This document shows positions 45,501-54,500 of a DNA stretch of 64,000 bases, piece by piece. Position numbers and translations under genes: made by a program. Location: assembly GCF_964355755.1 (NCBI RefSeq), contig NC_092674.1:15810001-15874000 (forward strand). Direction: 5' to 3'. Numbering within the stretch: the first letter of the stretch is position 1; every line of letters begins with the position of its first letter. Source of the DNA: Antedon mediterranea. Taxonomy: Eukaryota > Animalia > Echinodermata. Under the pieces are notes generated by a model. That model was not told the origin of the DNA. It saw only the letters and a list, made by a program, of their open reading frames with translations, and made no database searches.

Positions 45501-48500
45501 TATCACTCTGGGAACAGGCAAAAAGGTCATTGACATCTAATGGTCTCTTTGCAGCTTTCGAGAAAAACTTTGTACACCAGGAGTACGTAAGAATGGACAA
45601 ATACCCTACAGAATCTAATGGATTTGGTTTCCTGCAAAATACAAAAAAAAAATATCGTTATAAAACGTGCAAGAAATACCTTGTTATAAAACTGAACAAT
45701 AAAAATATCTTTTTAATAACTATAGTGATCTTTACTGCAAATTATGAATTGAAATATTTGTGGGTATTTCTGTATCTCACAAATCGATAGTCTGATTAAG
45801 CTAAAATTTGAAATTCTGATGTTTGTGTACCAAATTTAAGCAAAATCTACGTAATTATAAAAAAATTCTTTTTAATACTACATTACTAGTTTAGGACTAG
45901 GCTTGCCATACTGTAGAGTTTCATAACAATCACAACAACTTTTGCATTTAGCTACACAAACCAGTAGTGGTGTTAGTAGTCTATGTGCTAGGAGTGCTAG
46001 CTTACCTGTATAAACCAACAATAGCCCGTGCTCTCCAGAGGGAGGGCATTAGATACGCAAGTAAAAAGTTCCTAGAACACCCCTGTATTATAATAGACCA
46101 GTCCGCAGCCACGCCCTCATGTGGGAACGTACCAACGTACCACCGTCATCATTTTCTTTCGTAACGTGAAAGCGTTAAGTCGTATGATACCAAGTGTTAG
46201 AATTGTACACTGAACATACTATAAGAGTTCCTATTACGCTGATTACCAGTCGACTTGGCCAGGATATTAAGTGTATTCCTATGGCCTGTGGCAGTACCAG
46301 CAGTTGATATATTTTTCATATCGTTGATCCGTTTTAAATCGGGGTCTTCATTAGAAATAAGGAAGATTAAAAGAGGAAAAAACAACACCCAGTTCATTGG
46401 ATTATAGGCCGCTGAACGGCCACGCTACCAAACAACAAAGGAATTTGCATCGTCAGCCTGGACTGCCTCAGCTGAGGCGTGGACGCACTGTTGCGTGAAA
46501 CAACAAAAAAGCTACAGTCAGGTTGTATTATTCCTTATGTTTGCTAGGTTGCGTTCTGTGTTCGCCGATATGCCAAAATCGGAATGTCTGCAATGCAGGG
46601 GCCAGCGTGCGACAGTCAAGTGGGACTGCCACTTGCTGTGCATTCACTGCCACACCTGTAGTCAGGAGTCGCCGTGCGACATTGTGTCCATTGGACAGTT
46701 TCGCGGTTTCGGACGTTGCCTCATCCAACGGGGCGTGCGCGGGTGGCAGACCCCGTACCCGCGAAGGTTTAGGAGGAGCCTCCGGCCCCGCTGATAGAAG
46801 CGCCGGAAGTCTTGCCGGACGCGCCTCCACCGCAGGGTAGTACGCAGGGCGAAGGTTTGGGCCGTACTGGAGGCAATCGCAGCAGCGGTGCGAGCTCTAT
46901 CGAGGGAGGCTGCGCTCTCGGCATCCTCGCTTAATTATCCCCCTGTGCCAGTACTGCCTCCGCAGTACTTTCATCGTCAGCCTGGACTGCCTCAGCTGAG
47001 GCGTGGACGCTGTTGCGTGAAACAACAACAAAGGAAAGAGCTACAGTCAGGTTGTATTGTTCCTTATTTTTGCTAGGTTGCGTTCTGTGTTTGCCGATAT
47101 GCCAAATTCTGAATTTCTGCAATGCAGGGGCCAGTTATAAAACTGAACAATAAAAATATCTTTTTAATAACTATAGTGATCTTTACTGCAAATTATGAAT
47201 TGAAATATTTGTGGGTATTTCTGTATCTCACAAATCGATAGTCTGATTAAGCTAAAATTTGAAATTCTGATGTTTGTGTACCAAATTTAAGCAAAATCTA
47301 CGTAATTATAAAAAAATTCCTTAATAATAATATACCGTCCAGCGTGTGACAGTCAAGTGGGACCGCCACTTTCTGTGCATTCACTGCCGCAGCTGTAGTC
47401 AGGAGTCGCTGTGCGACATTTGTGTACATTGGATGGCGGTTTCGGACGTTGCCTCCTCCGTCAGGGCATGCGCGGGTAGTAGACCCTGCACCCACGGAGG
47501 TTCAGGAGAAGCCCCCGAAGAGACCGAAGCGCCGGTGGTCGTGCCGGACATGCCTATGACGGCCGCTGTGCCTCCACCGCAGAGTGGTACGCAGGATGAT
47601 GGTTTGTCCCCAGCCGTACTGGAGGCAATCGCAGCAGCGGTGCGAGCTCTACCTTAATTATCCCCCTGTGCCAGTACTGCCTCCGCCGGTGGGTATGATA
47701 GTGACAAGACCATGACTTCACTGCTTAGTGAAGATCGCTCCGACGCTGCAAAGGGAGGAGACGAATTGCAGGCTCTCGTAAATCATCGGGTTCCTGCCGT
47801 ACTATCGTACATTGGGGTAGAGTACGCGTATGACGCTCCGACGCCCGCTCCGGCATCGAAGAGATACTCTACCTAAGCGGGTTACGACTTGTCCAGTTGC
47901 GCCGCTGGATCCCGAACTTTTCGCTAGGGTAGAGGCGATCGCGAAGAAGCCTAAGACCCGTAGGGCTGCACCGCAAGGTCTCGCTTCCGCAGGACCAGTT
48001 TCAACATTACATCTCGGCACCACCGATCCCGGATGCAGCAAAAGAGCGTGCTCGCGAGGACCACCATACTGTAGAGTTTCATAACAATCACAACAACTTT
48101 TGCATTTAGCTGATTGGATCATTGTTGTTGCTTAAACATGGTTACAAAATCAAATTGATGCCGAATAGAACTTGTTGTGTCTGTATTATTATTTTGTACT
48201 GTATATAATAAATTATCGTTATTTTGTGTTTTTTTTTTCATATTTTGGGATTTTTGCAAATGGAAACTAAAAAACCTAAAACCTGTTAATAAAATAGCAG
48301 AAGCCCAATAACAGAATGATTAAAGAGGTTCTTATTTATACTGTATGGTTGGCGGATTCTTAAATTATGTAACATTTTTCACAGTTATTTGAAAAGACTG
48401 GTAATAAACATTCTCATAGAAGACCATATGTTATTGATTTGATAAATGTTACAGTCTTTGCATTATACAGTGACATTCACTATAAACCATAAACTATGCA

Positions 48501-51500
48501 CTTAGAACTTGCCAAATTACAGACTTTGTCTCTGTAGCAAAAGAAAATCATTTATTGTTAAATACAGAGAATGATATAAAAATTCATGTTTGAATCTCAC
48601 AATACAAGTAAAACGTACAATTTTATCAAATTAAATATCAAATACTATTTTTTTATATATTTTATATTAATTACATTAATTAGTGTATATTGCCTTTGGA
48701 AATTTGATGCATCTACAGTACAACACTACTAAACTGAATTAGTAGGAATTATGATTGAATACTGTAAAACTAGATTAAATTAAAGATTAAATTTTATTAA
48801 ACATTTTATAATTCTTTAAGAGTTTAATATTTGATGTTGTAATTTGTACTTTTTATTGTAACGTAATGTTGTAATCCCTCTCCTTCTTTTTGGTAGTTGC
48901 CCCATAGTAAAGGGATGAATAAAGATATACTGAACAAATAACAATAACATAATGTGTGCGTTTATAAAAGGGAAAGCCCTGAGCTGCGCTGAATTTTCTT
49001 GACATTGGTTGGTAGATCAGTTCAGTTTTTACCCTCCAAAAAAAGACATTTTTAAATTAAATAAATTCAAGAATCATGAAAATTAAGTTCAATTACCAAT
49101 TAACAAACAAAAGAGTAACATACAATCCAATAATATTTGCATCGTTTACCATACCGGAAGTACATTATTATCAGGGGTTCTCCCTACTTTTGCATTAAAA
49201 CACAAATCGTTTTGCTGATTCAAGCGTGCTATAGGAGTGTCATTACCGCCCAACTAGAGGACAACAACTACCCACCTAGGACAACTACAGTACCACCCGG
49301 ACAATTACCCCTAGGACAACTACCCCCTTAAGACAACTACCCCCTTAGGACAACTACCCCCTTAGGACAACTACCCCCTTAGGACAACTACCCCCTTAGG
49401 ACAACTACCCCCTTAGGACAACTACCCCCTTAGGACAACTACCCCCTTAGGACAACTACTCCCTAGGACAACTACCCCCTAGGAAAACCTAGGACAACTG
49501 CCCTCTAGGACAACTACCCTCTTGGACAACCTAGGACAACTGCCCTCTTTTCATATCTACAGCAAAGAACCTCCTAATTTTACATTAGATTTTTTTTTTA
49601 AATCCTAACAATATTAATAAATTGATTGATTACAATACATTAGACGATTTGAAAATCAATCTCTCTCTCTCCCCTGTTCGACAGGTTCTAAATTCTTTTT
49701 TTTTCTTGAGGAAATTATTTTCGGGTTGTGTCATTGTTTGTCCTGTAAGTTTTTTATATAAATATCGCTACAGTTATTACAAAATAGACTACAAATACTG
49801 ATACATATATAAGACCGGTAAATAATAATTTCACGTCAAATAATGTATTTAGTACACCGCTTATATAGTCCCCTCCTTACACACAATTTGATTTTGAACA
49901 ATTTTATTTATTTATTTATTTATTCAGGTTTATATACTATAGTAACAAAAATGCAGTCCAAAGCCTGAAATTGTTGATTTACAAAAATATATATGAGAAC
50001 ACAAATATTTAAAAATACAACATTTAAATAATAATAATAAAAAATTTGAAGAAGTTAGTTAAAAAATAAATTTTTTTATATACAAATGCATGGGTCTATA
50101 CAGTATGTGTATATATTTATAACATAGCCATCTTCAGCGTGTGATCATTTTAAGTACTGTTTAAATTAAGGATTCTACTTTATAGTAAGGGCAGGCGAGG
50201 TCTTAAGACGGTTAGTTCTACAAACAGGTATGTTAATTAAGGGTTTATCTACCATGGTTGATCTAAGCTCTCTAGTAATAATGCGGTCCGATTTCAAGAG
50301 CCTTTCTCAAAATTTTTTAATTAAGGTCTCTCGTCTGGATGCGAGAGTGGTCATATTTGACTCATACGTACAGTAAGGAAAGCGGGATCCAGAATAACAC
50401 ATAAAACTCTCTATTGCACTGTTTCAATGGTCAGTATTTGGGCCTTATTGATGCTTCTATGCCACACAGGGCAGGCGTATTCTAAGATTGGGCGAATATA
50501 ACAAACATAAACTGATGTAATATTATGAACTGGTACATTGGCCCTTCTAAGAATATATAATGTATATAACCTTCTGGATGCTCTTTTGACCATGTCACTG
50601 ACATTATTATCCCATTTCAAGTCATCCTGGATAATAAGTCCAAGGAGCTTCATACACGAAACAACATGTTGTATGCTAAGGTAATAATTAGGAGGGGAAA
50701 AACGAAATATTTCTTTTCAAAAAAGTAACTACTGTATCTCATGATATGACACTTAGAGTGTTTAGGGATCATGTGATTTGTATCACACCACTCAGTAAGG
50801 TCATCAAGACAAGATTGAAGTTTAGTGGGCATTACCATGTTTAACAGTGTCACCAAGAGTGAGATCATCATCAACGTACTTCCACCATTTGCAGCCATCC
50901 ATGGAAATATCATTGACTAATATGAGAAACAAAATTGGTCCAAGCTTTGTACCCTGTGGAATCCCACAGGTGATGTTGGCATAAGGGGAGGATGAACTAA
51001 GTTTAGTATGATCCGTCAGACAACTACAGATGGTGGGAATAATAGATGTTCTTACTCTGATGTCGACTAGCTTTTTAACAATGACCGTATGGTCAAATCG
51101 GTCGAAAGGCCTTTGTAAAATCAACGGCACAAAAGAACCACATTTTTCAATGTCACTAATTACAGACTGAATCATGTCCACAAGATAATGGCTAGTAGTA
51201 GAGGAGCCTTTAAGGCAACCAAATTGTTTAATATCTATAAATGTTCATGAATGTCACTACTAGTCACCCAATCAGTAAGGAATGACTAAAAAAACTTGGC
51301 GAAGATGGGGGTAAGTGAAATTTTCCTGATCAGGTCTTGTCACATTATAAACTTCTGGAACAGGAATGGCTGTTGCTAACTTACATAACTCGGGAAAGAC
51401 ACCTTCGTTAAGACAGCAATTAAAAATATGGGCAAGTGGAGAAGCAATTTCAAAGGCAAACTCTTTTATAAGTTTAATTGGTCATCAGGATGACTAGACT

Positions 51501-54500
51501 TCAGTTTGTTAATCAATCGTTTGACAGAAAAAATGTGTTTTTAAGGCCTCGCATTGATTTATCATAAAAAATTCTTTGCTGAACGAATGGTACAAAATAA
51601 GAAAAGTATGCCCTATAGGCACCAAAAGAAGCAGCTTGTTAATTTGGTTACCAATCGTAGTTATAATTGTAGGGATAATTGTCCTAAGCTGTACAGTAGT
51701 TATCCTAAGGGGTAGTTGTCCTAGGGCATAGATTTCTTAGGGGGTAGTTGTCCTAGGGGGGTAGTTGTCCTAGCGGGGTAGTTGTCCTAGCGGGGTAGTT
51801 GTCCTAGAAGGGTAGTTGTCCTAGGAGGGTAGTTGTTGAGGGTTGTTGTTGTTGTTGTACTTTTAATAGCTTAATTAAATAATATTTTGGACCTGAGGTT
51901 ATTGTCTGCCATGACAGGATTGGGCCATAGTTGTCCAGGTGGTAGTTGTCCTAAGGGGTAGTTGTCCTAGGGCATAGATTTCTTAGGGGGTAGTTGTCCT
52001 AGCGGGGTAGTTGTCCTAGCGGGGTAGTTGTCCTAGCGGGGTAGTTGTTCTAGCGGGGTAGTTGTCCTAGCGGGGTAGTTGTCCTAGCGGGGTAGTTGTC
52101 CTAGCGGGGTAGTTGTCCTAGCGGGGTAGTTGTCCTAGGAGGGTAGTTGTCCTAGGAGGGTAGTTGCCTTAGGAGGGTAGTTGCCTTAGGAGGGTAGTTG
52201 CCTTAGGAGGGTAGTTGCCTTAGGAGGGTAGTTGTCTTAGGAGGGTAGTTGTCATAGGAGGGTGGTTGTCTTAGGAGGGTAGTTGTCTTAGGAGGGTAGT
52301 TGTCTTAGGAGGGTAGTTGTTGAGTGTTGTTGTTGTTGTACTTAGTTTAATTAAATAATATTTTGGATCTGAGGTTATTGTCTGGCAATGATGGGATTGG
52401 GCCATAGTTGTCCAGGTGGTAGTTGTCCTAGGAGGGTAGTTGTCCAAGGAGGGCGATTTTCCGGGTGGTAGTTGTCCTGGTGGTAGTTGTCCTAGACCCA
52501 GCTTACTTGTCCTTCAGTTCTTCAGTATTGAAATCTGGCTATTAAATCCATAAATATCAACAATCATAGTGAACTAGCATTGACAATTGGGCAATAAACA
52601 CACTTTTCTTATATTATGTAAAATATCAGCTATTATAGGCCTATATCAATGTACGTATTGAATATTGGCTATTACGGTATTTGCACAATATCAAATCTAA
52701 ATGACTTTGATCTTAGTGGCAATCAGTTCATTGGAAATTATACACACAATGATGCTCTACAACAAGCTTATCTTGTCAGTGACAAAATCAGACACTAAAC
52801 ACAGCAGAGAAGCTAATGTAATAAAGTTTAAAAACTGGCTGGGAGTGAGAACATGTCTTTTTACATTGAAAAGCGATGTTTCTCTACTCAAAAAATGCAT
52901 TGGTCAATACTTCCATTATAATTAATGTTTATCAACAGCGAACTGAACAGCAATTTAAATGTGGAAGTAAACACTTGTCGATTGTTTTGCCATTTGATAC
53001 AATTTATATTATTATAAGTAAAACTACCTTTTCCTATAAATTGTACTAATCTTTTTAAATGCAATGTATGTGATTGCTTTACATCATAGACGGCAAAAAA
53101 GGTTTTATTTTATACTTTTATATACTTATACTTTACGTCTCATATTAAAAGCTTCTCAGAATTGAAATTGTTAAAAATTGTTTACGTTCAAACGACATCA
53201 AAATAAAATCAGGTTTCTAAAAATGTTTCTAAATTTCGTTCTTTTTTGTGGTAACCCATTTCTGTTCGCCAAAGTTGTTATACAATAAAAATAGGTAAAA
53301 TGTAAATTTTATTTGGAAAACTTCAAATGTCAATATATCTATAGACACATTATAAAAGGTGTTATTTTTTTCAAATATTACAAAAATAGTGCCAAAATGT
53401 CACATATTGTTGTATTGAATTGTAAAACGTTTATTACTTAATAATAAAATGGACTGATTCAAAATAAATAAATCTATACAGACTGAATATTGTTATTTTA
53501 ACTGGCTTGTCTAGACTATTATGGTAAAGTCAATTGTTATCAGTACATGGCCTACTTCAATTTCATTGCTAAACTAATCAAACAAAAATTACTCTCATTT
53601 GCACTTCCAAAATCTTTCATTTCAAGAATTTTTCCTTGTATTATCAAAACCAAATTGAATTTACAGAGCACATGAAATGAAATATTCACAAAAGAAACCA
53701 ATAGATTAGAACACACTACATATATTACTATTAGAAAATGTAGGTCAGATCATTGTAAATAACAAATATCCATTGTATAAGTCTTAACCTCAAGGAGGTT
53801 TTACCTGGTAAAATAAATCCAGGTTTTGAAATGCTTTTTCCTGATAATGATGGTGTTTTATATGTACTGTATCCTACTCGAATATTTTGCTAGATAAAAC
53901 AATCTGTTATTATTTGCTGTTTTTGTTGGATGTAATGAAAAAGCACGGCAGGTGAAACTGAAATTCTAACAATTATTGTTGTGTTCAAAAAATTAAATAC
54001 TATAGTACAGTAGCAAGACTATTATGGCCTGGGATAAGAACATTCACATGTCCTTGATCAAATTATCTGCATAGTACCATGTGGCTGTATTTGCTACAAG
54101 GCCCCGGGGGGGGGGGGGGGGGTCACTCTTAAATATTTCCATACGGGGAGGTGCCGCATTTACGGGTATATTTTCGAGGGCCTGGTAGCACAAGTGTCAA
54201 AATGTCATGATTTATCGCCAAATTTTGCAGGTATTTTAGCATAATGGATGCTATAAGCCCGGCTATATAAGCCCATCGCTAAATACCTTTGAATAGGCCT
54301 AGAGTTTTCGCATCAGCAGAAGAACACGAAACCTAGCCTAGGACAAAATCATTCAACTGTGACCACTCTTGACTCTTGATCATCGTCGTCATGCACCACG
54401 GACTAGCGATAAACTTGTCAAAACACGTTCGTGATTTTGCCATGAACGGTCTCTTTGGCCATGCGCAGATCATGCCGGGAACCAGTACAAATATTGCGCC

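Noticed and set aside
46495-48122. Several GC-rich ORFs as a nested host gene
   Set aside because: They are frameshifted, duplicated and bounded by a direct repeat, so a retroelement fragment explains them better.
52507-52538. Possible 32-nt micro-exon (PDFNTEELKD) with a GTAAG donor
   Set aside because: The acceptor is weak and the length would frameshift between exons 1 and 2.
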